From Vicugna vicugna (taxonomy: Eukaryota), in contig MU058463.1 in the NCBI GenBank assembly GCA_013265495.1, forward strand, positions 3,765,037-3,829,036: a DNA stretch of 64,000 bases. Direction: 5' to 3'. Position 1 is the stretch's first letter. Each line of letters begins with the position of its first letter. The notes under the pieces were generated by a model that saw nothing but the letters and a program-made list of their open reading frames with translations, was not told the DNA's origin and ran no database searches. Shown here piece after piece: positions 24,854-37,249 of the stretch. The translations under genes and the position numbers were made by a program.

Positions 24854-27231
24854 TATTTTCACATTTTATTGTGCTTTGCTTTATTACACTTCTCAGATAC
24901 AGCATTTTTTTTTTTTTTACAAATTGAAGATTCGTGGCAACCTCATGTAGAGTAAGTCTGTTGGTGCCATTTCTCCAACAGCATTTGTTCATTTTGTGTC
25001 TCTGTATCACATTTCAGTAATTCTCGCAATATTTCAAACTTTTTTGTTATTATTATGTTTGCATAGTGATCTATGATCATTAATCTTTGATGTCACTATT
25101 GTAATTGTTTGGGGGCACCACTGTACCTATATAAGACAGTAAACTTAATAAATGTGTGTGTTCTGACTGCTCCATCAACCAGCTGTTCCCCCTCTCTCTG
25201 CCTCTCCTCAGGCCTCCCTGTTCCCTGAGACAGAGCAATATTGAAATCACGCAAATTAATAACCCTACAGTGGCCTCTAAGTGTTTAAGTGAAAGGAAGA
25301 GTCACACATGTCTCAGTTTAAATCAAAAGCTAGAAATGATTAAGCTCGGTGAGGAAGTCATGTCAAAAGCCGAGACAGGACAAAAACTCAGCCTCCTGCA
25401 CCAGTCAGCCAAGTTGTGAATGCAAAGGAAAAGTTCTTGAAGGAAATTAAAAGTGCTACTCCAGTGAACACATGAATGAGAAGAACATGAAACAGCCTAT
25501 TGCTATTTTTAAGAAAATTGTAGTGGTCTGGATAGATCACCCCAGCCACAACATTCCCTTAAGACAAAGCCTAATCCAGAGCAAGGCCTTAACTCTCTTC
25601 AGATCTATGAAGACTGAGGGAGGTGCGGAAGCTGAAGGAGAAGTCTGAAGCTAGCAGAGATTGGTGCATGAGGTTTAAGGAAAGAAGTCATCTCCATAAA
25701 ATCAAATTGCAAGATGAGACCACAAGTGCTGATGTAGAAGCTGCAGCAAGTTATCCAGAAGATCTAGCTCAGATCATTAATGAAGATGACTAACCTAAGA
25801 TAGACTAATAGCCTTACATTTGAAAAAGATGCCACCTAGGACTTTCAAGGCTAGAGAGGAGAAGTCAATGCCTGGTTTCAAAGCTTTAAATGACAGGCTG
25901 ATTCTCTTGTTAGGGGCTAATGCAGCTGGTGACTTGAAATTGAATCCAATGCTCATCCAGCATGTAGAAAATCCTAGGGCCCTTAGGTTTATGATATATC
26001 TAGTCTGCCTGTGCTCTATAAACAGAGCAACAAAACCAGGATGACAGCATATCTGTTTATAACATGGTTTACTGAATATTTTAAGCCCACAGTTGAGATC
26101 AACTACTCAAAAGAAAAGATTCCTTTCAACATATGACTGCTCACTGACAATGCACCTGGTCACCCAAGAGCTCTGATGGAAATGTACAGCGAGATTAATG
26201 TTGTTTTCATACCTGTTAACACAACATCCACTCTGTGGGCCATGAATCAAGGACTAACTTTGATTTTCAAGTCTTATTATTCAAGAAATACATCTCATAA
26301 GGCTATTGCTGCCATAGACAGTGATTTCTCTGAGAGATTTGAGCAAAATAAATAGAAAATCTCCTGGAAAGCATTCACCATTCTAGATGCCCTTAAGAAC
26401 ATTCACGATCATTAACAGGTCAAAATATCAACATTAACAGGAGTCTGGGAGAAGTTGATTCCAACCCTTATGGATGACTTTGAGGGGTTCACTTCAGTGG
26501 AGGAAGTAACTGCAGATATGGTGGACGAGCAGGAGAAGTAGAATTAGAAGTGAAGCCTGAAGACGTGACTGAAATGCTGCCGTCTCATGACACAACTTCC
26601 ACAGATGAGGAGTTGCTTGTTATGGATGAGCAAAGAAAGTGGTTTCACAAGATGGAGTCTACTCCTAGTGAAGACTGTTGAAATGACAGCAGAGGATTTA
26701 GAAAATTACATACACTTAGTTCATAAACCAGCAGCAGAGTTTGAGGGGATTGACTCCAACTTTGAAAGAAGTTTGACTGTGGGCAAAATGCTATCAAACA
26801 GCATTGTATGTGACAGAGAAACTGCTCATGAAAGAGTCAATTGACATGGCAAACTTCATTGTTGTCTTATTTTAAGAAGTTCCACATCTACCCCATCCTT
26901 CGGCAGTTACCACCCTGATCAGTCAGCAGCCATCAGCATAGAAGCAAGACCCTCCACCAGCAAAAAGATTACAACTTGCTGAAGGCTCAGATGATGGTTA
27001 GTATTTTTTAGCAATAAAATATTTTTTAATTAAGGTATGTACAAGGGGTTTTTCAGACATAATGCTATTGCACACTTAATAGACTACAGTAAAGTATAAA
27101 CATAACTTTTATATGCACTGGGAAACCTGAAAATACATATGATTTGCTTCCTTGTGATACTCACTTTACTGTGAATAAATAAAGCAATAATGGTCTGGAA
27201 CCAAACCCACGCTATCTTTGATGTATGACTA
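24854..27231 (+). mobile_element. Near full-length Tigger1 (TcMar-Tigger/pogo) DNA transposon with dead transposase
   Basis: ~2.4 kb matching Tigger1 end to end. Transposase remnants: ASKCLSERKS..LNQKLEMIKL (start codon now GTG at 25270), [35 protein letters not shown] and [13 protein letters not shown]. The 3' TIR region reads tggtctggaaccaaaccc...gtatgact. Multiple stops and frameshifts. Confidence 0.95.
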
Positions 27232-27576
27232 CATATAAATTCACTGGGAAAAATATTTTAAGAACCTAATAGATTTGTGGCAAAGAGATGACTAGTTACC
27301 TCAAAAAAAAAAAAAAAAAAGCCAAAATGACACTTGTCACATGTTTGGGGAAGTAATCAACCTCATGAGTAATCAAACAATGCCAAAAGCAATATGGTAC
27401 TACTTTAATTCATCCAAAAATGTACTTCCTACAAAGGTCTTTTTTTTTAGGAAACTATACACAACTATAGGGTACAGGGCTATGAAACTGGCACTTTCCC
27501 ATATCAGGTCCCTTCCTGACAGGACCACAACCTGTCAAATTCTTTTAGAAGCAATTTGACAGCATGTACTTTGGTG

Positions 27577-28275
27577 GGTGTGGTGGATTGGTACTCAGCA
27601 GACACTCCTGCCTCCTTCTTCATTAAAATAGCTTCCTAACCTGCTAAACTGCCACAGCCTGCAAACTGAAAATTCATTTTCCAGAGTCCCTTGTAGCTGT
27701 GATTCTAGTATGATTAGAGTTGGTACAAGTCAATGCCCTTGGTGAGATCTGGAAAGCAGACGTGAGGCAACAGCCATTCTTCACTGCTGTGGCATTTCTT
27801 CTGGCAAGCACAGATGTGGATGCATTTGGGTGTACCATGACAGCGTGAGGAGAACTGCCAGCTTCCTTCACTTCCTTTTAGAGGTGTCAAATATGGGCAT
27901 CCATTTGCTGGCATGGGCTTCAGCTGGCATAGTGTGGTTTTGCATATGGCAGCTATGGTGGCCACGTTTCAATTCAGCAGGTGGCTTTCTGGCCATTCCC
28001 AGAAGAGGCATCAGCCCCCTTGTTGGCCCAGTTTTAAGGATGGCATTGAGAATAGAGGGGTGGGTATAGCTCAGTGGTAGAGTGCATGCTTAGCATGCAC
28101 AAGGTCCTGGGTTCGATACCTAGTACCTCCTTTTAAAAAAATGAATATTTGGAGAATTATTCCTGGAAGCTCAATCTAGACTCTCCCCCTCCCTGTGATA
28201 AATAAATACCCTGTGATAAATCTTTATGTACTATTTTCTATGGCTCTGTTCTTTGACTGAACCCTGGTTGATACA
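27577..28275 (+). mobile_element. ERVL-class LTR (LTR33/LTR16-like), interrupted by a SINE
   Basis: Starts tgtggtggattgg, contains cattttccagagtcccttgtagctg, and ends ctctgttctttgactgaaccctggttgataca. Confidence 0.6.
28055..28141 (+). mobile_element. tRNA-derived camelid SINE (Vic-1-like), short form
   Basis: ggggtgggtatagctcagtggtagagtgcatgcttagcatgcacaaggtcctgggttcgatacctagtacctcc plus A-tail. Pol III A box and B box present. Confidence 0.85.
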
Positions 28276-29362
28276 CACATCAAAAGTCTCTAAAATGTTC
28301 ATATTACTGTCCCAGTCATTCCACTTCTGGAACTCATCTATTAACAGAATATTTAAGAAGTATAAGATTTATAAGCAAAAATATGTATAATTATATAATA
28401 AAAAATTGAAACTAAATAATCAACAATGGGAACTAATTAAGTAAATTATGAGACATTCATTCAGTATAGGAGGAAAATGCTGCTACTGCTACTGATAATA
28501 ATATGAGCCCTGCTCTCCTGTCTCTAAAACTTTGCTCATACTCTGTACTTTTCAGAAATCACTGCCTCTGGACACCCCACTCCATCACCCTTATGGTTTC
28601 CTCTCCTTTTGACTAATTACTGTCCTCCTTATTCATCTTTCAAATATTTATTGACTGCCTACCATGTGCCAGACAACCGTCTAGACACTGCATGTACAGC
28701 ATCAAAAACAAAAACAAAAATCCATGAAGCTTAAGTTCTAGATAAAGAAACAGCCAACAAAAAAATTTTAAGGTAATATATATGGCATACCATATATACC
28801 ATATGCCATATATATTTCTCCTTTAGGGAACCTCCTATGACTCCTCAAAACTGGGTTTGGTATCCATTCATCCCTTGGCACTCTCAGCTCATGCTGCAGG
28901 TAACATACATCACACTATATTGAAATCACCTTTTTACTGGAAAGACACTTTTTGACAATAAGCTCTTTGAAGGCAGGGCCTTATCTCTTTTGTTTAGTAA
29001 TCTACCTCAGTATATAGTCAACATTCAATAGACGTGCTAATTTCAAGAGTAGATGAATTATGTTTTGAAGATTTTTTTAATAAATTGAGAAAATTGCTAA
29101 AATGATAATGACAGAGGAGTAAACTTCAAAATGTTATACACTGCAGAAGGATAATAATTGTTGAAGCTAGGTGATGGGTTCATGGGAGTTTAGCCTTCTT
29201 TTTACTTTTGTGTATATCTGAAACCTTCAATCATAAAAAGTTTAGAAAACCGTTGTGCAAAATTTAACAACAATTATGTCAAGAACACTTTACACAGAAA
29301 AAAAACACAGGAAAGAAATACCTTAAAATTTTGAGGTTGTTATTACAGATTGAGTATTTTTG

Positions 29363-29895
29363 CTGTGGTTGGTGGAATTCTAAGATGACCCATGATTGTA
29401 TATAGTCTTCTCCCTTTGAGTGTTAGCTGGACCTGTGACTATGATAGGATACCTTACATTAAGTTACACTATATGGCAAAGGTGAAGAGATTTTTGCAGT
29501 TATAATAATCAAAGCCCCCCACCAGTTGACTTTGAGTTCATCCAAAGGGAGATGATCCTGGGTGGGCCTGGCCTAAATCATGTGAGTTCTCTGAAAGAGG
29601 GCCCAGATCTTCCCTGAAAGGAGAAACTCCTGTGGCTTGAAGAAGTAAGTCACTGTGAGTTCTACAGCTGCAGGAAATGAATTTTGCCAACAACCGCTTG
29701 GGCTTGGAATCGTAACATAAACCTAAGATGAAACCACAGTCCCTAGTGACATTGTGAAGGCAGCCTCTAAGAAAAGGGCCCAGCTGAGCTGTGCCCAGAC
29801 TCTTGACCCACACACATCGTGAGATAATAAATGTATGTTGTTTTAAGCTACTAAACCTGTGGCAGTTTGCCATGCATCAATAGAAAGTGAATACA
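29363..29895 (+). mobile_element. MLT1E-like MaLR solo LTR
   Basis: tgtggttggtggaattctaagatgaccc...ccagttgactttgag...tgagataataaatgtatgttgttttaagctactaaa...aatagaaagtgaataca. Confidence 0.85.
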
Positions 29896-30849
29896 TTCTA
29901 TTCCTGAGTTTTCCAGATTTACTATAATAAATATGCTTACATTATAACAGAAGAAACAACTTTTATAACAAAATAAAACTAGTGTAGATAAGTCAGCCAA
30001 GTCATATTTTACAGAGAAGTGAACCAATGTTATTTATCTTAATGTTGTTAGCAAAGAGCTACATTAAACAGGAGGAAAACTTCTCTTTGTACTTTAATGT
30101 TTGGAATCAAATCCAGTTACCCAGCTCAAGGACAAAAGCTTCACTCTACATAATCAAACTGAGAGGTTCTGAAAACGAGTGTGCTGAAAGATAAATCTTT
30201 GCATAAATCATTCTTCTCTTACTAAACTAAGCTTCCATTAAACCATCCTGAACAAACAGATTTTAATTTCAGTTTAGACAGCAACACACAGCAGGCTACC
30301 CTACTGATTAATGATGATAAAACAGAGGAAAAGGAAGCCATTCATGAAACAATGTAACAATCAATCAAGCTATGGCTGATAGTATCCAAATACTGTAAAG
30401 TACTCGATTCTCTAGCACCACTCCATGGATACCAGCTGAGCTGCTAAACACTTTTAAATTAATGCCAAATTTATCAATGTGAAGGTTTACAGTATCAGGT
30501 AGGACGAGAACTCAAAGATATAGTATGGTATTGACTGATCACTCACAATGAGCTGGATTCTCTATGTGCATGCTTAGCTTAAATCCTGATACAGCAACAC
30601 AAAAACTTTTTCTTCAATGCCCATCTGCCACATAGACAAGATCAGATAGGGAATAATCACTCTTGCATCTATCAAGTCCTTGCTGGTGACTTTGTGATTC
30701 CTTCTACTATGTAAAATTGGGGTTTTTATTTATTAATTTTTGCATTTGGTATTATGTATTATTTCATTAATCCCTCGTATGTTTACCTTGGTCACCGCAC
30801 ATCAGAACTCAATCCCTCCATTCTAATCCCAGCTGACTCTGTGAGAAAT

Positions 30850-31072
30850 AAAGTAATCCCTCCACTACCACTCTAGCCCCGATTTATTTTTCCCATGGCA
30901 CTGTCTGACATATCATATATTTTACTTATTAATTTGTCTTCTTCCTTCAGGATTTTTGCTCCACTAAGGAAGAAATTTTTTTGTTGTTGTTCACTAATAA
31001 ATTACCACTGCATAGTGTCTGACACAGAATAGGCAATCAATAAAAGTTGTTTAATGAATTAATCAATGAATA
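30850..31072 (+). mobile_element. L2 3' end
   Basis: gttcact...atagtgtctgacacagaataggcaatcaataaaagttgtttaatgaattaatcaatgaa. Confidence 0.7.
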
Positions 31073-31689
31073 GTATTATTTGAAAATCATTAGGAAGAAT
31101 TCCAGGGGCTTCCACTGGACTCTTCTTATCATAATAACTTTTATTCCACATGTCAGGGGTCAACAAAGAGATTTTCTACTTAGCCTCCTATGTTAGTTGT
31201 AGTTGGAATTTCCACATAAGAGACAAGGGAAGGTTACAAAATTGTTGTAAGGCTAAATCTCTGAATGTGTCTTTCAACTGTCCCAGCCCTGTGGCTGAGA
31301 GAGCTTACTCTTTAAGCACTATTTTAGAGAGTGACTGGTTTCCAGTGGTGCCTTGAGCTGAGAGTTAAAAGCTTTGAGTTTGTCATTTTCTGCCACTAAG
31401 CTATCCATTACTACACCCCACAGTCCTTGAATTCCTCACACCGTTCAACTGCCTTCTTGTAGCAATCACTTTGTCTCACAAACCCCAGTTCAATGGAACT
31501 GTCAGTCAAGGGGACAACAGGTGACAATGTGAATAGTTGTTTTTTTCCATGAATTTCAATGGCTGCTCAGGTCCAGTTTCTTAAATCAACTTGATTTACC
31601 TTTACCTCCCTCCAGAATAGCTAATAAATTCCAGTTCCCTCCCTATTTTCCTGAGCATCTGTTGCCCTCAATCCCTTGTAGTACAACTC

Positions 31690-32240
31690 TTGGTAACAGT
31701 CAGGGATTTTGGATGCAAATAAAAGAAACCAACTCTGGCTAATTAAAGCAGAAATTGAAATTATTCAGAAGATGCTGGATAATTTTTATCTTTTCTGAAC
31801 GGGCTGGAGATAGAAACTTAGGAATTTTATAGCCAGAAACAATTTTCAAAAGCAAACCACAGGACTCGTCAAATAAAGACATCCTCAAACTCCCACTGGG
31901 CACAGACATCGCAACACAGTTAGGCAGCCTCAGTGGCCAGACACTGGAAGCTGCTGTGGGAGCCACTGTCACTGTGTTCTTTGGGAACTAGACTTGGTTG
32001 TGGTTGCTGCTCCCAATCCCATACATTGTTGAAATATATTCCAAGTGGTCCCTGCTTCTCGGTGTCACTAGTGACTGATTCACAGTCTGGAGAGCAGGTG
32101 GATCTGGTTGGCAGAGCCTAGACCCATGCCCTAACTGCAAGGAGATGGGCAGGACATCATAAGGGAGAACATTTCCCAAACATAGAAAGTGGGTTCTGAT
32201 TCTGGGATGGACCCCCCAAAACTGGGTAAGTATCCACTAC
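31690..32240 (-). mobile_element. MLT1K/L-like MaLR LTR
   Basis: agtcagggattttggatgcaaataaaagaaaccaactctggctaattaaagcagaaa...tggttggcagagcctag..catgccctaactgcaagg. Confidence 0.65.
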
Positions 32241-32249
32241 ATAGGCTTT

Positions 32250-32430
32250 ATGAGAAATGGCAAGGGCTGTGGCTACAGACAGACCCAGGTTTAAATTTGT
32301 GCACTTTCTTCACTTTCTGTTTGACTCTGGGCAAGTTAACCTCTCTGAACTTTGTTTTCTTCTCATAAGCAAAATGAATATGAAATCTTTCTTGCTGGAA
32401 TTAAAAGTAAGGTGTATGGCCAGATGTTTA
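32250..32430 (+). mobile_element. MIR SINE
   Basis: cagacagacccaggtttaaat...tgactctgggcaagttaacctctctgaactttgttttc. Confidence 0.75.
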
Positions 32431-35014
32431 AAAATTGAAAGCTATTACTTGAAAAATTAATCAAAATATACACTATCTTGAAAGGGCTAATGTTACCAAA
32501 ATATTTTATTTTTATTGAATTTTTCATATATTTTTGCTTTTTCTCCTCAATTAGAAGATTACTTTAGATTAGTGACCATATAGGAATAATGTGGCCATTA
32601 TTCCCACAGCATTAACACACATACACACAGTTAATAAATGAACTAATATCCCAGACCTCATAAATCGAAGTAGCAATGTTTCATTCCATGGCAGTAAGTC
32701 AAAGAGTATGTAAGTACAGGGTATATCACACTCCAGCTTTGACATGGGTTCCTGGACAGCCTTCACTGATGGCTACAAAGTGACAGGTGTGTTATTCCAT
32801 ATTACATGGGGCTTTAAAAGACCACTGAGCATGCATGATACCAAATGGGTCATCAATATTACAAGCAACTCAAATAAAAGCTTCAACTATCTGAACCAAG
32901 TCAATTCAAGAAGAAACATACAGCCATATCTGGAAATAACAGGGTAGTACAAAGGTAATAATATATTTCTTGTACCAGTCCAAAAAATGACTCATGCCAA
33001 TAAAACTGGCTTGAATTAATTTTAAAAATGAAAAAAAAATTAAATAGGTATAGTTTTTCATTTACAGTACTGAAGAATATTCCTGCTGGAATACTTTCCT
33101 AAAGTATAAATCTGATCATTTCACAGTCCTCCTCAGACTCCCTACTGATCCTTGAAATAGGCCCCACACCTCTTGAAATGAGACTATACATGAAGAAAAA
33201 AGTAAATAAAACCTGACTGAAATTTTTAAAACAATCCTCCTCCACTTACCCAGTGCTAGAGAATAGAGTTTTTCCTACTGTCTCTGTGAAATATTAATGA
33301 TTCTATAATGATTCAATTAAGGGGGGGGGAAATACCGCCTCCTATTTCCGCTTCCACAGTATGGCCTTGGCAAGTCATTTGGCCTCTTTAGTTCAGTTTC
33401 CACACCTGCAAAATGAAAAAATTGAAAAACATTCTTTCCAGCCCTAAAAGATTGTCAAATCTCCTTGGCAAAGTCCAGTTGCCCATGGGCTCTATTTCCA
33501 TTTGCCTTGATTGATCAAGGTAATCAGCCAAAGGAGATAAAACAAAATTGTAAAGTTGCCAAGTCTGAGTCACAGAAACAAAAAAAAAAAAAAGAAAAGA
33601 AAAAAAATCTAGTTACTCAGCATTTCCATAATGCTTTATTATATTTTCAAACAATGTTTAGCCATTAACACAAATTATAGTGACAGGCCATAAAAGAAGA
33701 CTTAGAGGTGAAAGAAATTGGCACTGACAAAATTGGTTCAACAAGTCAAAAGCACAAAAAAATGACATTTTAACTGGGTGAATGATCCCATGAGTGACTA
33801 GGTGAGCCACACGTATTTTTGGCATGGGGTACACAAGGGAAAGGAACACCACAGTCCAGGTGAAGCCCTACTTCGTGGGTCCTCATCCCCTCTTCGTGTC
33901 GCTCAACCCGGCTCACCTGGAGATGGGATGATGACTCTCCCCTCTGACACCAGGGACCACTATTCTGACGCTCCCATACATCCCTCCTTGTTATAATTAG
34001 ATAATTCATCCAAACGTCCTTGAACATTTGCTGCACATACAATGTTTCACACAACTCTCCAAATAAAGACATAATTGAAGCCCTTCTCCCTTATATTCAC
34101 TGCCTCTCTGGCCTCTGCTCTCTCCCTTGTTCTGCTGCAATTACACTGGACTCTCTTCCCCTTCACACATGGTAGATGCCTCCAAGCGTCCTCCTCTCCC
34201 GCTCTCCCTCTCTCCTCATGTGTCTGTCCAGCTCTACGTCTGTCTCTGCCTGCTCCCCTAGCCCTACATTCCACCCCCAATGCCCCTGAACCTGGAGCTT
34301 TATCTTGGAATGTGTACTTTATCTCATGCTTCATCCTGGTGATCTCAACACCAACAGAGGTGACAACATTGAACAGTGACTAAACCTTCATTTTTGGTAA
34401 GGAAGTAACTTGCAGAATTTTGGGAAAAAAAGAAACCTTTACTCTTTAATAGTAATAACTCATTGGGAATAACATCTCTGAAAATTAATAATTAAGTTTT
34501 TCAGTGAAAATATAATGGAATTTTACCTTATTCAACAAAGATACTGAGTGACTAACATTCTAGGGATAAAAAGACAAAAAAGATGTATTCTTGAGCTTAA
34601 AAAGTATACAGCCTACTAAGAGAGGTAGACATGCAAATAACTAAATCATAATGGCATAATTGCTACATGGTGTAGGTGGAAGAAAACGCAAAGTGCTATC
34701 ATGGTTTTCACTGGAATATATTAAAATAATATGTTTATGTCTCTGCTTCTCCCTTTAGATTACAGACTACTGAGCAACCAAACTATGTCCTTGACATCTT
34801 TGATATTTCTAGCATCTAGAAAACTACTGAATCTTGTATATAGGAGTCATTCAATAAATATTGACCTGAATTATTAGGTCTACGTGGGGTAAGGGGAAGA
34901 TTCACGGATGTACAGAGAAGGTAACCTCTGAGCTGGATTTGAAAGGTGAGTTGGAATTTCCTATGAAGATATAGGAATAGAATAGTATTCAAAAATCATG
35001 GGAGACATAAAATA

Positions 35015-35255
35015 ATAATACTAATAATAACAGCTAACATATAATATGCTAGGAACTATGCTAAGCACTTACATGCATTGTCATTTTATTACTATGTCAA
35101 CTACATCCTGTAGGTACAATTTTTACCAAGGAGGTAAGTGAGTATATAGCAGTTAAAAAACATGTCCAAGGTCACCCAGTGGTGAGGCTGGGATTTGAAT
35201 CTCAGGGACACACATGAGTCTCTGACTCCAAAGCCTGAGAGCCAGGGAACACTAC
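35015..35255 (-). mobile_element. MIR SINE
   Basis: aataataacagctaacat...tgctaagcacttacatgcatt...tccaaggtcacccag...ctgggatttgaatctcagg...tctgactccaaagcc. Confidence 0.8.
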
Positions 35256-35489
35256 ATGCTCGTCCAGAATTGAGCCAGTTCCCGTGTCCCAAGCAACCCA
35301 GCACCCGTGGTCACCAGATGTCTCACCACCTCCTGAAAGTGGGTGCCAATCCAGCCCTTCTACTCTTGTGACTACCATTTTCACAATACAATTTATCTAT
35401 GCCCCACCTGCCTTCTACTTCTCTGTTCTCTGTGTCTTCTCTTCATGCTCTTCAGAAGAGCATCTCATTGTGTTAGAAAATCATCTATA

Positions 35490-35942
35490 GTCAGCTGGTT
35501 TGGGCTGTCCAGCATCCAACTCCTGGGGAGCAATCCAAGCTCCTTTGGGGAGAATCTCCTAGCATGTGCAGCTGTAGGGATGGGACCCACTTCCCACACA
35601 GTCACCAACGAGCCAATGTACTCACTCCCTACCCAGCCCAGTCATGGAGCAAGCATGTCACATGGCCTAGGCCAGCTGGACAAGCGTAGGTACAGGTGCA
35701 GACAACCCCCCTCAAATGAGGAGCAGCAGCAGAAGCGGATTAAACATGCTGCTCTTCCTGTACAACATGCTGTGCTCCTAACAGTAGAGCTCTTCAGAGC
35801 ACCTTGGCTTCTGCCTCTTTTCTAAACCAAGTCCTTCAGGCCCCTGTCGCTATGTGAACCATAGACATCTTTCCAGTGAGTATCCTGCTGAGGTTAAATT
35901 AGGCAGAATCATTTTCTGTTACTTGCAAACAGGAATTCAAAC
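35490..35942 (+). mobile_element. LTR16-like ERVL LTR
   Basis: catgtcacatggcctaggccagctgga...cttggcttctgcctcttttctaaacc...gctgaggttaaattaggcagaatcattttctgttacttgcaa. Confidence 0.55.
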
Positions 35943-37249
35943 AGGACTCAGGCACCATGTAGTTTTGGCTCTCACATCTGAGCTGCCCTTGGCTATGGCC
36001 TTTACATCTGCTGCCTTTGGCTACAGCCCCAATCATAGTCCAATCCCCCAAGGCCAGGGTGGCAGGGCCAGAGAACTGAAAATGTGGCAGCTTCTGTCAA
36101 AGGAGCCACCTGTGGCCTCTGTGTTCAGGAGGGAGCTGGGAGCTGTCACTTGGACTCTCACGGACCCTAAATCAATACTCTGGGAGAGACCACATCAGGT
36201 TTATATGCTGAGAGAACTGAGTCAGTAACCAATACAAGACTGAAGATACATGAGAGAGAAGAGAAAAGATGGAGCAAGGGATCTGAGGAGTGTAAGTGAG
36301 ATGGAGGGATTGGTCTTGGAAAACCAGAGGAATCTCCTTGCCTCCCTCCCCAACCCTGCTCCTGAGACTGCAGAGGTAGGTGCATTTGTTCAGTGGAAGG
36401 AACTTGAAGGAGTTACCACAAATAGAGTCTATTTCCTCTATAAGTTAACAGCCAAGGTAATCTACTGACAGTGAGTGTAGGGAGTTGGGGGGAAGATTTG
36501 AAGCGAAGGATGAAGACTTGAAAAAGCCACAGCAAGAAAGGGAAGGGTGGCCTCCTGAGAACTGGCAAAAGGACCACTGGACTGCACTGAAGCAACTGTT
36601 TCTATATGCATTTACTAACAGCAATTACCAACTGCACAGATGTGTTTTGAACAAGGACCCGGACAAAGGAAAACACAAGCCTTCTCTAAAACACTTTTAG
36701 TGCAAAACCAGGGACTTGGCAAAAAGCTAGCAAATTTCACAAAACAGAAGACCTTTAACCAAGCTTCTCAGTTTTGCAATTCTGCAGCTTTGGGACTTTT
36801 CGGAGTGACCTCTTTTGTCGGCCCAGAAGGCAAAAATTATTGAACTAAAAAAAGAAAGTTTGAAACAGGAGACATTTTTTTCTCTTAAGGAATCTGGATT
36901 CTGTCTGATTCAGTTCTTGCTGAGATTAAGAAATTGGTCCACTCTATATGCAAAAAGTAGAAAAGAAAATTTAGACAAAAGACTTTTAGGGTCCTTACAG
37001 AAATACTAAGTAGCGATATTAATACTGACAAATTTATTCAAAGTGATCTTTATTATGGTTGGTGAAAATTTAACTACCCAGACGATCTTTGTTGAAATTC
37101 AAATAGACAATGAAAAGCTAATCTTTAGTCTCTTCAAGAATAATACAGCTTGGGTGTGGTTATGTTTGATGATTCAGCACACTGAATTAAATCTTAAAAT
37201 GCCCTGCCTGCTGGTTTCTAGTAAGCAACTGAACTGATACATAAAACAT

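Noticed and set aside
25156..26844. ORFs with transposase-like peptides (possible TIGD1-like gene)
   Set aside because: Fragments in different frames with stops, a lost ATG and mutated catalytic motifs, inside TIR-bounded Tigger1. This is a fossil, not a gene.
28055..28130. tRNA-Ala-like sequences here and at 52240
   Set aside because: A-rich tails and diverged stems/anticodon regions show these are SINEs, not tRNA genes.
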